Source: a virus
Lineage: Duplodnaviria; Caudoviricetes
Reading direction: 5' to 3' (one strand)
IMG/VR virus record: IMGVR_UViG_3300031994_000094
Coordinates: 1,826 to 65,825 of that record
Length of the DNA stretch: 64,000 bases
The stretch's first letter is position 1. The number at the start of each line of letters is the position of its first letter. The notes under the pieces are model-generated. The model had not been told where the DNA came from. It made no database searches and worked only from the letters and a program-made list of their open reading frames with translations. The translations under genes and the position numbers were made by a program. Positions 8,069 through 17,814 of this stretch are shown piece after piece.

Positions 8069-8836
8069 ATGTCGCATTTCACAGTACAAGATTGGATGGT
8101 TACAGAGTTAAAATTAAAAGGTGCAGAGAGGGATGCTTTCGCAATAGTGTATGGATTTAGTCAAGATGGCGAAAGTGAATTTCATGGTAGCTTACAATAT
8201 ATGTCAGAGTTAACTGGGTACTCACGAAATGCATTATGTACTGCATTAAATAGTCTTGTGGAACAAGAATTGATAATTAAAGAAGATGTTGAAAAGAATC
8301 ATATTAAGTATTGTAAATACCGTACAAATTATTTTAATACCGTACAAGCTACTTGTACGGGCGTACAAGCTACTTGTACCAATAAAACAAGTAATAAAAA
8401 ACCTATACAAAAAACTATATCTAAAGATATAGTAGAGCCTGACACTAAATATAGTACAGATAAAAATACTAAGAAAAAGAACCTATATCAAAAATGTTCA
8501 GACTTAGTTACAAACTATACAAATAATACTGAATTGAGAGTATTGTTAATGGAATGCTTTAGTAGATTCTCAGAAAATAACAGAGAGAATGGTATGCCAT
8601 TCTACACTAATCAATTCAAGGGTAAGTTAAATACTCTATCAGAATTAGCTACTGATGCAACTACACAGATTAAGATAGTCAAGCAGACATTAGATAACGG
8701 ATGGAATAACTTCTATGAACTTAAAGAGAATAAACCGAGAAGAAGAACTGGTAACGTAGCACATGATATAGAACATTTATACAATGGTGTTAATGAGAAA
8801 GCAGATAAGAGGTGTTCTGATGGAGAGAAATTCTAA
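8069..8836 (+). CDS. Replication initiator (N-terminal winged HTH)
   Basis: RBS AAGGAG before ATG 8069; YGFSQDGESEFHGSLQYMSELTG; precedes a DnaC-like ATPase. Confidence 0.8.
   Translation: MSHFTVQDWMVTELKLKGAERDAFAIVYGFSQDGESEFHGSLQYMSELTGYSRNALCTALNSLVEQELIIKEDVEKNHIKYCKYRTNYFNTVQATCTGVQATCTNKTSNKKPIQKTISKDIVEPDTKYSTDKNTKKKNLYQKCSDLVTNYTNNTELRVLLMECFSRFSENNRENGMPFYTNQFKGKLNTLSELATDATTQIKIVKQTLDNGWNNFYELKENKPRRRTGNVAHDIEHLYNGVNEKADKRCSDGEKF
8341..8379. repeat. Iteron-like palindromic repeats inside the initiator gene (candidate origin)
   Basis: CGTACAAGCTACTTGTAC x2, 21-bp period, each palindromic, followed by an A-rich tract. Confidence 0.6.
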
Positions 8837-9476
8837 TTGTTGGTATGTAAATACCTGTGATGAGGATTGTGATAGGTGTACTACATATGTTCAGATGAAG
8901 TGGCAGATGGAGCATAGTGGTTTACCCGAAGCAAAGCAACGTCCTATATCTCTGTATCTCACGGACGATAACAGTGGAGATAAGAAAGCATTTTATAGAT
9001 TAGCTGATATACGTAAGAACATAGTAGAATTTGTACAGAGTGGAAAGAACTTGTATCTTTGCAGTAAGTGGACTGGTAATGGTAAAACAAGTTGGGCTGT
9101 TAAAATGCTACATACATATTTCCACTATACCGCAGTTGGTAACTACGAAAATCTAAAGGGTATGTTTGTAAGCACTCCCGGTTTACTGCTCAAGCTGAAA
9201 GACTTCAATAATCCTGTATCAAAGACATTCAAAGATAATCTTGAAAATGTTGACCTTGTTGTATGGGATGATATTGCAGTAAGCGGTATTTCTCAGTATG
9301 ATTATACTCAGATATTCACGCTCATTGATAGTAGAATATTTGCAGAGAAGTCCAACATATTTACATCAAATCAAACCACAGTTGAGGGCTTTGCAAGTGT
9401 ACTGGGTGATAGGTTAGCAAGTCGTATTTATTATACAAGCGAGATAATAGAACTCAAAGGAAAGGATATGAGATAG
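8820..9476 (+). CDS. DnaC/IstB-like helicase loader ATPase
   Basis: N-terminal Cys cluster; Walker A TGNGKT; Walker B LVVWDD; FTSN. Confidence 0.85.
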   Translation: MERNSNCWYVNTCDEDCDRCTTYVQMKWQMEHSGLPEAKQRPISLYLTDDNSGDKKAFYRLADIRKNIVEFVQSGKNLYLCSKWTGNGKTSWAVKMLHTYFHYTAVGNYENLKGMFVSTPGLLLKLKDFNNPVSKTFKDNLENVDLVVWDDIAVSGISQYDYTQIFTLIDSRIFAEKSNIFTSNQTTVEGFASVLGDRLASRIYYTSEIIELKGKDMR

Positions 9477-9477
9477 C

Positions 9478-10749
9478 ATGGTAGCTTTACAAATCTTAAA
9501 TAAAGTAGTGCAGACCCATGATTACTCAATTATAGAGGATAATCAGTTGACCGAAGATTATTTTCTTGAATATGAGGATGAATATACATTTCTGAAAGAC
9601 CATATGAAGCAGTACGGTAATGTGCCGGATAAAGCTACATTCTTAGCAAAGTTTCCAGATTTTGATTTTATTGATGTAACAGAATCAGATAGATACCTCA
9701 TTCAGACAATACGTGAGGAACATTTATATTATAAGTCAGTACCGATTGTTCAGCAGATAGCAAAGCTGTTAAAGACAGATGCAAATGCCGCCGCTGAATA
9801 CATGATACAGTCAATGCGTGAGTTGCAACCTAATTATAATTTAGGTGGTACAGATATTATAGCAGAGGCAGAGAAGAGATATGAAGCGTTCATAGACCGT
9901 AGGGATAATCAAGACAAATGGTTCTTTACAAGTGGGTTTCCAGAACTTGATGATGTGATACATGGTATTCAGCGTGGGGAAGAATTGTTCGTAATCTTTG
10001 CAAGAACGAATCAAGGTAAGTCCTGGATACTTGAAAAGATATGTACTCATATATGGGAGATAGGTTTCAATGTTGGTTATATAAGTCCTGAGATGGGTGA
10101 GTTAAGCATCGGGTATCGTTTTGATACATTGTATAGGAATTTCAATAACAATGAGTTGACGAGAGGAAGTAAAGACTTTGATGATAAGTCCTATAAGGAT
10201 TATGTAGATGAGCTGAAGCAGAACAAGCATAAGTTTATGGTTGCTACTCCGAATGATTTTGATAGAAAAATAACTGTGCCAAAGTTGAAAAACTGGGTAC
10301 AACAGTATAAACTTGATATGATTGCCGTTGATGGTATTACATATCTTTCAGATGAACGCTATAAGCGTGGCGATAATAAAACAACATCTTTAACAAATAT
10401 TAGTGAGGATCTAATGGGTCTTAGTATGGAACTCGGTATTCCTGTATTTGTAGTAGTGCAAGCTAATCGAAGCGGTGTGGTTGATAAAGAAAGCGAAGAT
10501 ATGCCAGAACTTGAAAGTATCAGAGACAGTGATGGAATATCTCATAATGCGAGTATTGTCCTATCAATCAGACAGACAGGTGATGGTACATTGATAATGC
10601 AAGTTAAGAAGCAGAGAAATGGAAGGGTAGGTGATAAGATTCAGTATCAGTGGTCTCCAAATATTGGTGAGTTTATACCGTTATCTGGCTCAAGTTTAGA
10701 AACAACAAGGGAGAAGAAAAAGATTGTAGAGAAGGAGGATGTATTTTGA
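9478..10749 (+). CDS. dnaB: DnaB-like replicative helicase
   Basis: ARTNQGKS, IAVDG, VVQANR, KQRNG motifs. Confidence 0.9.
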   Translation: MVALQILNKVVQTHDYSIIEDNQLTEDYFLEYEDEYTFLKDHMKQYGNVPDKATFLAKFPDFDFIDVTESDRYLIQTIREEHLYYKSVPIVQQIAKLLKTDANAAAEYMIQSMRELQPNYNLGGTDIIAEAEKRYEAFIDRRDNQDKWFFTSGFPELDDVIHGIQRGEELFVIFARTNQGKSWILEKICTHIWEIGFNVGYISPEMGELSIGYRFDTLYRNFNNNELTRGSKDFDDKSYKDYVDELKQNKHKFMVATPNDFDRKITVPKLKNWVQQYKLDMIAVDGITYLSDERYKRGDNKTTSLTNISEDLMGLSMELGIPVFVVVQANRSGVVDKESEDMPELESIRDSDGISHNASIVLSIRQTGDGTLIMQVKKQRNGRVGDKIQYQWSPNIGEFIPLSGSSLETTREKKKIVEKEDVF

Positions 10750-10898
10750 TTGGTAATTTTATTCTTGGGGTGATACTTGGTGCAGTTATTGGTTACTTCG
10801 CATGTGCGCTTATGACAGCACGTAAGCATGATGAATACGAAGAAAAGTTGTGGGAATTAGAACGAAAGTTATGGAGTATGGAGTATGAAGATAAATGA
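10746..10898 (+). CDS. Small membrane protein (not in the ORF track)
   Basis: GGAGG RBS + TTG; MIGNFILGVILGAVIGYFACALMTARK. Confidence 0.6.
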   Translation: MIGNFILGVILGAVIGYFACALMTARKHDEYEEKLWELERKLWSMEYEDK

Positions 10899-11865
10899 GG
10901 TTTATATCAATGCTGATTTGTCAGACATATTATCAGAATTACAAAGACAGTTAACAATCAATCAGATACCTTATTTGCAGAAAATTAAGGACAGTGGTAA
11001 TGATATAATGGTTCAATGCCCGTTTCATGGTAATGGTCAAGAGCGTAAGCCTTCTATGGGTATCAGAAAATCAGATGGTATCGGGCATTGTTTTGCTTGC
11101 CATGAAGTACATACGTTGCCGGAGATAGTTAGCTTTGTATTCGGACACGATGATGATATGTTCGGTAAGCAAGGTATGAAATGGCTCATTAAGAACTTTG
11201 GTACTGTACAGATAGAGGAGAGAAAAGATGTTGAGATTGATTTGGGGCGTGATAACACTGCCCATAAAGATACTGGTAATTCTGATAAATCTCAATGGGT
11301 GAGTGAAGAAGAACTGGACAGTTACAGATATTATCATAAATACTGGGGTGAGCGTGGTATTATAGATGATGATATTATAGAACTGTTTGACCTCGGATAT
11401 GACCCTAAAACCAATGAAATTACTATGCCTAACTATAATAAAGATGGAAAATGTGTTTTTGTTGCCCGTAGAAGCATTATAGGTAAAAGATTTTCTTATC
11501 CTAAAAATGTTGAAAAGATAGTATATGGCATATATCAACTTTATCAGTTAGAAAAATTTCCAAAAGAGGTTTATATAACTGAAAGTATGATTGATTGCAT
11601 TTATTTATGGCAATTTGGTAGATATGCGTGTGCATTAAATGGTCTTGGTACAAAATCTCAGTTTGATGAACTTTGTAAAATGCCTTGTCGTGAGTTTATA
11701 TTAGCAACAGACAATGACGAGGCTGGTATGAAAGCAAGAGTTGTATTACGAAATAATATAAAAAATAAGTTAATAACAGAAGTTGTTTTACCTACAAATA
11801 AAAAGGATATAAATGAGTGTACCAAAGAGGAAATACTTAATTTACAAGAGGTGTTCTGTCTTTAA
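10885..11865 (+). CDS. dnaG: DnaG-type primase
   Basis: CPFH...CFAC zinc finger; Toprim ITESMIDC and ATDNDEAG. Confidence 0.9.
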   Translation: MKINEVYINADLSDILSELQRQLTINQIPYLQKIKDSGNDIMVQCPFHGNGQERKPSMGIRKSDGIGHCFACHEVHTLPEIVSFVFGHDDDMFGKQGMKWLIKNFGTVQIEERKDVEIDLGRDNTAHKDTGNSDKSQWVSEEELDSYRYYHKYWGERGIIDDDIIELFDLGYDPKTNEITMPNYNKDGKCVFVARRSIIGKRFSYPKNVEKIVYGIYQLYQLEKFPKEVYITESMIDCIYLWQFGRYACALNGLGTKSQFDELCKMPCREFILATDNDEAGMKARVVLRNNIKNKLITEVVLPTNKKDINECTKEEILNLQEVFCL

Positions 11866-11868
11866 GTA

Positions 11869-11897
11869 TTGACAATTTATTTGATTTAGGTTATGAT
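11869..11897 (+). promoter_or_regulatory. sigmaA promoter of the GIY-YIG endonuclease
   Basis: TTGACA-17-TATGAT, 3 nt after the primase stop. Confidence 0.75.
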
Positions 11898-11928
11898 AAA
11901 TATAGTTAAACAATGAGGAGGTCATACT

Positions 11929-12819
11929 ATGTATGGTTATATTTATAAAACAACAAATCTTATAAATGGCAAAATCTATGTAGGACAGCACAAAGCAGAA
12001 GAATTTGATACAAACTATTATGGTAGCGGATTTATACTAAAACAAGCCTTAGATAAGTATGGTAAGGAAAACTTTAAATGTGAGATATTAGAGTGTTGTG
12101 AAGATAAAACTGAATTAGAAGTCAAAGAAATATATTGGATTGATAAACTTAATAGTTGTGATAAGTTAATAGGATATAATGTGTCTGCTGGTGGATTTAC
12201 ACCCAGATTTAAAGGTAAACATCATCCTATGTATGGTAAACATCATACAGATGAAGCTAAAGAAAAAAATAGAAAAGCACATACGGGTATTAAACAATCA
12301 AAAGAAACTATTGAAAAGCGTATTTCTCCTTTAAGAGGAAAGCCTTTATTAGAAGAACATAAACAAAAAATATCCAAAGCTAATAAAAACAGAGCTTTAG
12401 GTGATAGATTAACAGCAGATGGTAGGCGTAAGATAAGTGAAGCTAACAAAGGTAAAATAATGTCGGCTGAAACCCGTAAAAAAATTAGCGTTGCTAATAC
12501 AGGTAAAAAAGCGTCAGCAGAAACCATACGTAGATTATCGGAAAGTCATAAGGGACAGACAGGATATTGGACAGGAAAATGTAGAGATAAAGAAACTAAA
12601 GAAAAAATAAGTAAAACATTATCTGTTCCAAGACCTAATAGAAAAATACAATATGAAATTGAAGACAGACTATTTGTAGGTTTAGTTGAAGGAGCAGAGT
12701 TTTATGGTGTTACAAAATCTTGTATGTCACTATGGGTAAAGCAAGGACATACTAATGATAATAAACAGATTAAGATTATTGTCGATAATCAGTTGTATAA
12801 AAAGAAATACAAAACTTGA
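11929..12819 (+). CDS. GIY-YIG homing endonuclease with NUMOD3 repeats
   Basis: GYIYKTTNLINGKIYVG; repeated H(T/S)xE(T/A)KxKIS motifs. Confidence 0.92.
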   Translation: MYGYIYKTTNLINGKIYVGQHKAEEFDTNYYGSGFILKQALDKYGKENFKCEILECCEDKTELEVKEIYWIDKLNSCDKLIGYNVSAGGFTPRFKGKHHPMYGKHHTDEAKEKNRKAHTGIKQSKETIEKRISPLRGKPLLEEHKQKISKANKNRALGDRLTADGRRKISEANKGKIMSAETRKKISVANTGKKASAETIRRLSESHKGQTGYWTGKCRDKETKEKISKTLSVPRPNRKIQYEIEDRLFVGLVEGAEFYGVTKSCMSLWVKQGHTNDNKQIKIIVDNQLYKKKYKT

Positions 12820-12830
12820 AGGAGGTTAGT

Positions 12831-13472
12831 ATGAAATACATTATAATGTGTGGCGGTAAATATGAGAAGTGGGAAACACCTCGTCAGTTAGTGTGGGTAA
12901 ATAGCGAACCTATTGTAGTTAGAACAATTCGATTGTTAAGACAGAATGGAGTTAAAGATATAGCAATCAGCAGTGATAATCCTATATTTAAGCAGTATGG
13001 TGTGCCAGTATTGACACATAAAAATAATTGGGTTGTACCTCGTCCGGGAGTATCAACTGGTGATTGGTGTGATGCTTTCTATCCTACAGATGAGCCTACT
13101 TGTTATCTTATGGGTGATGTAGTATTTTCTCCAGAAGCTATCAAGACTATTGTGGAAACAGAGACAGATGATATTGAGTTCTTTGCGTCAGCACCACCTT
13201 TTGCTAAGAATTATAGTAAGCCATATGCCGAACCATTTGCATTCAAGGTAGTTGATACAGAGCATTTGAAGAGGGCACAGAAAGAATGTAAGGAATCAAG
13301 GTTACAGGGATTATTCCGTAGACAACCTCTTGCATGGGAGTTTTGGCAAGTAGTAAAAGGTACACCATATAATATTATCAATTATCATAACTATACTGTA
13401 ATCAATGATTATACTTGTGATATTGATGTGCCTGATGACGCTTTCAAGATTGAGAGGTTGATGAATGGTTAA
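12831..13472 (+). CDS. Nucleotidyltransferase/GT-A fold protein
   Basis: YIIMCGG..W..PRQL..VNSEPIVVRTIRLL resembles the NTP-transferase N-terminal signature; LMGDV and CDID acidic motifs. Confidence 0.6.
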   Translation: MKYIIMCGGKYEKWETPRQLVWVNSEPIVVRTIRLLRQNGVKDIAISSDNPIFKQYGVPVLTHKNNWVVPRPGVSTGDWCDAFYPTDEPTCYLMGDVVFSPEAIKTIVETETDDIEFFASAPPFAKNYSKPYAEPFAFKVVDTEHLKRAQKECKESRLQGLFRRQPLAWEFWQVVKGTPYNIINYHNYTVINDYTCDIDVPDDAFKIERLMNG

Positions 13473-14145
13473 TTATATGATACACACCTGTCTGAAACGG
13501 TTGTGGTATGTGGAGAGATATTTAATACCATCTATGATAGAGCAAGGAATAGACAGAGAAAATATCATTTTATATGTAGATGCACATAGCGAGGGTTGTT
13601 TGAAATCCCATGTAAGAAGTTTTGAGTTAGCATCTAAATCTGACGTTAAGGGTATGTGGCATTTACAAGATGATGTGGTCATATGCAAAGACTTTAAGGA
13701 AAGAACAGATGGTTTATCATCCGATTTTACCGTGTGTGGGTTCGCTTCTGAGTATGACAGTCGTAAGGGATGGAAGGCTGGTGATGCAAACGGTTTAGTG
13801 ATGTGGTACTCATTCCCTTGCATCTATATACCCACACGTATAGTTAAGTCATATGTAGACTGGTTTAATACTTATGTATGGCGTGACCATCAGTATGACA
13901 GATGGGTGAAAGCAAATAAGTATGATGATACGATATTCAGAATTTACATGGAAAATTATTATCCAAAAGATTACGTTTTGAATCTTGCTCCTAACCTTGT
14001 GGATCATATAGATTATCTGATAGGTGGTACAGTAATCAATGAAGCGGCTGAAAGAAAGCATCCAGTTCGTTCATTGTATTGGGAAGATGATGATGTTGTA
14101 ACAGATTTAGAAAGGAGATTAAAAGATGATATATCTAAGTGGTAG
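13465..14145 (+). CDS. Glycosyltransferase-like protein (GT-A)
   Basis: MWHLQDDVVIC DxD-like motif; WYSFPCIYIP; PNLVDH. Confidence 0.6.
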   Translation: MVNYMIHTCLKRLWYVERYLIPSMIEQGIDRENIILYVDAHSEGCLKSHVRSFELASKSDVKGMWHLQDDVVICKDFKERTDGLSSDFTVCGFASEYDSRKGWKAGDANGLVMWYSFPCIYIPTRIVKSYVDWFNTYVWRDHQYDRWVKANKYDDTIFRIYMENYYPKDYVLNLAPNLVDHIDYLIGGTVINEAAERKHPVRSLYWEDDDVVTDLERRLKDDISKW

Positions 14146-14446
14146 GCTTGATGTAGATAATTTGAATCATTATCGCAGTCAGTTTTTGCAGGCAGAAGAA
14201 TATCTGAAAAAGGATGTTACATTGTATCAGGATACAGATGTATTGTCATTGTATAAGCAGTTGAGTAGTATAGATGATTTATCCGAATTGAGTATGTCGG
14301 ATGAGATTGATATGCGGTTACAGAATGTTATGATATGTGATAAGTTATATTTACTGCAAGGCTGGGAACTCGATGATATGTGTAAGTTTGAGTACACATA
14401 TGCGAAAGCAAAAGGTAAGAAGATAATTTACTCAAGAAAGTATTGA
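14126..14446 (+). CDS. DUF4406 / nucleoside deoxyribosyltransferase-like
   Basis: IYLSG...CDKLYLLQGWE...FEYTYAKAKGKKI. Confidence 0.65.
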   Translation: MIYLSGRLDVDNLNHYRSQFLQAEEYLKKDVTLYQDTDVLSLYKQLSSIDDLSELSMSDEIDMRLQNVMICDKLYLLQGWELDDMCKFEYTYAKAKGKKIIYSRKY

Positions 14447-14481
14447 CGTATATGTAACATTGTAGTATAATGTTTAATGTG
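14443..14481 (+). promoter_or_regulatory. sigmaA promoter with operator (copy 2)
   Basis: TTGACG-17-TATAAT-GTTTAATGTG. Confidence 0.85.
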
Positions 14482-14517
14482 AGTAAAGATAAAACTCACA
14501 GAAAGGTGGAAGATAAG

Positions 14518-14718
14518 ATGGAAGAACACAAGCGTAATATTTACATAATTATTGTAACAATATCAGTAATAGTATTCTTTGGCTCTTTTGGGGCAATAGA
14601 TACTGGTATCGTTTCAGTAAAACAGGGCGTATGGCAGATTATTATAAGTCTGTTATCATGTATATGGTTCGGTAATTTACTCCGAATCGAAACTAATAGG
14701 ATAGCAAGTTTTGATTGA
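14518..14718 (+). CDS. Small two-TM membrane protein
   Basis: Two hydrophobic segments; AAGGTGG RBS. Confidence 0.6.
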   Translation: MEEHKRNIYIIIVTISVIVFFGSFGAIDTGIVSVKQGVWQIIISLLSCIWFGNLLRIETNRIASFD

Positions 14719-14793
14719 CCAGTACGGTCATAGCAACCTAATCAAAACTTTCTATAGAAGCCATAAACGAAAAAACGAAAGGAGAGAAAACGT

Positions 14794-15489
14794 ATGGCAC
14801 GATTTACATTTGAGGATGCTGACAAATATGCCAGCAAAGGTAGCGGTGCAGGATTCTTTAAGTTGGTAAATGATAAGGATGTAGCAACTATAAGGCTTCT
14901 GTACAACAATGCAGATGATATTGAGGGTTTCTCATGTCACAGGGTAGAGATTGGAGATAAGTTCAGATATGTAAACTGTCTCAGAACATACCGTGACCCG
15001 ATTGACGATTGTCCTCTTTGCAAGAGTGGTAACAAACCACAGGCGAAGTTGTTTATTCCTCTTTACAATGAAGATGAACAGCAAGTTCAGATTTGGGAAA
15101 GAGGTAGTAAATTCTTTGCAAAGGTTTCTGGAGTATGTTCTCGGTATGGTAAGAAGCCTATTGTATCACAGACTTTTGAAGTAGAGAGAAGTGGTAAGCC
15201 GAAGGATACATCAACAGATTACAACTTCTACCGTACAGATGATGAGGCAGATGATAAGACACTTGATGATTTTGAAATGCCTAAGATTCTCGGTGGTGTT
15301 GTGATTGATGCAACAGCAGATGATATGGAGTATTATCTTGATAACGGTGAGTTCCCTCCTGCTGATGAAGATGATACACCCCGGCGGTCAAGTCGTAGAG
15401 AGCGTGATGAGGAAGAAGAAAGACCTACACGCAGAAGTGAGGGTAGACGTACTCCTGCAAGAAGCAGAAGAAACGAGGATGAATTTTAA
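14794..15489 (+). CDS. Single-stranded DNA-binding protein (gp32-like)
   Basis: HRV...CPLC zinc motif, IWERG, acidic/charged tail; directly upstream of the polymerase. Confidence 0.75.
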   Translation: MARFTFEDADKYASKGSGAGFFKLVNDKDVATIRLLYNNADDIEGFSCHRVEIGDKFRYVNCLRTYRDPIDDCPLCKSGNKPQAKLFIPLYNEDEQQVQIWERGSKFFAKVSGVCSRYGKKPIVSQTFEVERSGKPKDTSTDYNFYRTDDEADDKTLDDFEMPKILGGVVIDATADDMEYYLDNGEFPPADEDDTPRRSSRRERDEEEERPTRRSEGRRTPARSRRNEDEF

Positions 15490-15507
15490 GATAAGAGAGG
15501 TTAGCAT

Positions 15508-17814
15508 ATGCCATCTGTAAAATCATTGTTTGGTGATATGACACGAACAACTGGAAAGTCAAGTGACAAGAAACTTGCACAGAGGGTTAATGCTAAGTCA
15601 AGAGTTGCCACTCCTACCATAAAAGGTGGGGGTGGTCTACTTGACAGAATAGCTACTATCAACAGTATGGTAGATAAGCACCTCGGAAAGTATAGAGAAG
15701 AATATCAGATTATACAGACCGAAGAAGCACTAAAAGAGTTTGTGGATAATGTTATTGATTGCGGTATTATATCAATAGATACAGAAACCACAGGACTTGA
15801 CCCGATGCAAGATACAATAGCAGGAATATGTGTGTACTCACCGAATCAAAAGAGTGCTTATATACCACTCAATCATATCAGCTATATAACTGAGATGATA
15901 GTACCGAATCAGCTACCGTCTGACGTTGTTAGAAGTGAATTTAAGCGGTTTTTAGATGCAAAGGTACAGATTATCATGTTTAACGCTGATTTCGATATAC
16001 GGGTGCTTAGACACGGTATAGGGTTAAAAGATATTTATTGTACATGGGATTGCTATTTAGCACAGAGACTTCTTAATGAAAATGAGGATAGTAATGCTCT
16101 GAAAAAAGTTCATCAGAAGTATGTGCTGAATGGACAAGAAGATGCTTTTACATTCGATGAGTTCTTCAAGGGCATACCGTTTACGATGATACCTTTGCAG
16201 ACAGCTTATCTGTATGCCGCACATGACCCTATCATTACATATGAATTGTACGAATATCAGCATAGGTTTATTCGGGAAGATTCACCGAGAGAAGATATGC
16301 GGAAGATATATAAGCTGTTTACAGAGATTGAAATGCCCTGTGTACCAGTTGTAGCTGATATGGAAGATAATGGTATTCTGTTTGACTTTGATTATAATGC
16401 AAAGTTGAAGGAGAAATATCATAAACTTCTTGATGAGCGTGAAGCAGAGTTTCATAAGTCATATAAGAAGTATGATGAGCAAGTTGAAGCATATAGGGAT
16501 AAATATGGTAAACTTGACAATCCTATCAATATAAAGTCAACAGACCAGTTAGCAATACTCTTGTATGATATTATGGGTTGTGAGCCACTCTATGATAAGC
16601 GTAAGAAGAAGGAAGTGCGAACGACAAAGGAAGATTATCTTGTAACATTAGATAATGATGTAGCAAGAGCAATTCTAAAGTATAGAGAGTTTTCCACAAT
16701 CGTAGATACGTTCATTGATAAAATGCCAAATTGTGTTAATCCTAAAGATGGTAGAATACATTGTAAGTTTAATCAGTACGGTGCAAGAACAGGAAGATTC
16801 AGCAGTTCAGACCCTAATTTACAAAATATTCCATCCCATAATAAAGATATTCGCAAGATGTTTATTGCAAGTCCGGGATATGTGCTTATGTCGAGTGATT
16901 ACAGTCAGCAAGAACCTCGCAGTTTAGCCGCACTATGTAAACAGCAAGGTGATTCTCAAATGTATGATACATTCATGCAAGGTAAGGATTTGTACTCAGA
17001 GATTGCAAGTAAAGCCTTTAATCGTACTTATGAAGAGTGCTTAGAGCATAATGCTGATGGTTCTACAAATGTAGAAGGCAAGGAGAGAAGAACACAAGCA
17101 AAGAGTATTCTATTAGGGTGTTTGTATGGTAGAGGTGTGGCAAGTATTGGTGAGCAGTTGAACTGCACAACTGAAAAAGCACAAGCAATCAAAGATTCAG
17201 TATTCAAAGGATTTCCAGCTATAAAAAAGTTTGAAGAAGATTCACTTAATATGGCATATGAGTTAGGGTACGTTACAACGATTGCAGGACGAAAGCGTAG
17301 ACTTCCAGAGTTAACGCTTGATGAGTATGAGTTTAAGTGGATAGACAATCATGCTCCAGATAGTGATTTGCTTGACTTTGATTCTGATGAAGAACGTGAA
17401 ATTCCCGAACGTACAATCAGAAAATATCTTACCATGCTCCATAGATGCAAGTTTAACGAAAAGCAGAAGATATTTAAGAAAGCTAACGATGAAGGAATAT
17501 GGATAATTGATAACGGTGGTAAGATAGCTGATGCAAGTAGACAATGTGTTAACTCACGTATTCAAGGGTCAGCCGCAGATTTGACAAAACTTGCTATGGT
17601 TGATATAAGTTGTGATGCTCGTTTGAAAGAGTTGGGATTCAGATTGTTAATTCAAGTGCATGATGAAGTGATAGCTGAATGTCCAGAGGAAAATATGATA
17701 GAATGTTCTGAGCGATTAGCAAAAATAATGTGTGATTCAGCGTCAAAGTTACTTGAAATGCCAATTACTTGTGATGTTGAAATTACAAGAGAGTGGTACG
17801 GGGAGAAATTATGA
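15508..17814 (+). CDS. polA: Family A DNA polymerase with 3'-5' exonuclease
   Basis: IDTETTG, RTGRFSSSDPNLQN, DYSQQE (motif A), KSILLGCLYG (B), QVHDE (C). Confidence 0.95.
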   Translation: MPSVKSLFGDMTRTTGKSSDKKLAQRVNAKSRVATPTIKGGGGLLDRIATINSMVDKHLGKYREEYQIIQTEEALKEFVDNVIDCGIISIDTETTGLDPMQDTIAGICVYSPNQKSAYIPLNHISYITEMIVPNQLPSDVVRSEFKRFLDAKVQIIMFNADFDIRVLRHGIGLKDIYCTWDCYLAQRLLNENEDSNALKKVHQKYVLNGQEDAFTFDEFFKGIPFTMIPLQTAYLYAAHDPIITYELYEYQHRFIREDSPREDMRKIYKLFTEIEMPCVPVVADMEDNGILFDFDYNAKLKEKYHKLLDEREAEFHKSYKKYDEQVEAYRDKYGKLDNPINIKSTDQLAILLYDIMGCEPLYDKRKKKEVRTTKEDYLVTLDNDVARAILKYREFSTIVDTFIDKMPNCVNPKDGRIHCKFNQYGARTGRFSSSDPNLQNIPSHNKDIRKMFIASPGYVLMSSDYSQQEPRSLAALCKQQGDSQMYDTFMQGKDLYSEIASKAFNRTYEECLEHNADGSTNVEGKERRTQAKSILLGCLYGRGVASIGEQLNCTTEKAQAIKDSVFKGFPAIKKFEEDSLNMAYELGYVTTIAGRKRRLPELTLDEYEFKWIDNHAPDSDLLDFDSDEEREIPERTIRKYLTMLHRCKFNEKQKIFKKANDEGIWIIDNGGKIADASRQCVNSRIQGSAADLTKLAMVDISCDARLKELGFRLLIQVHDEVIAECPEENMIECSERLAKIMCDSASKLLEMPITCDVEITREWYGEKL

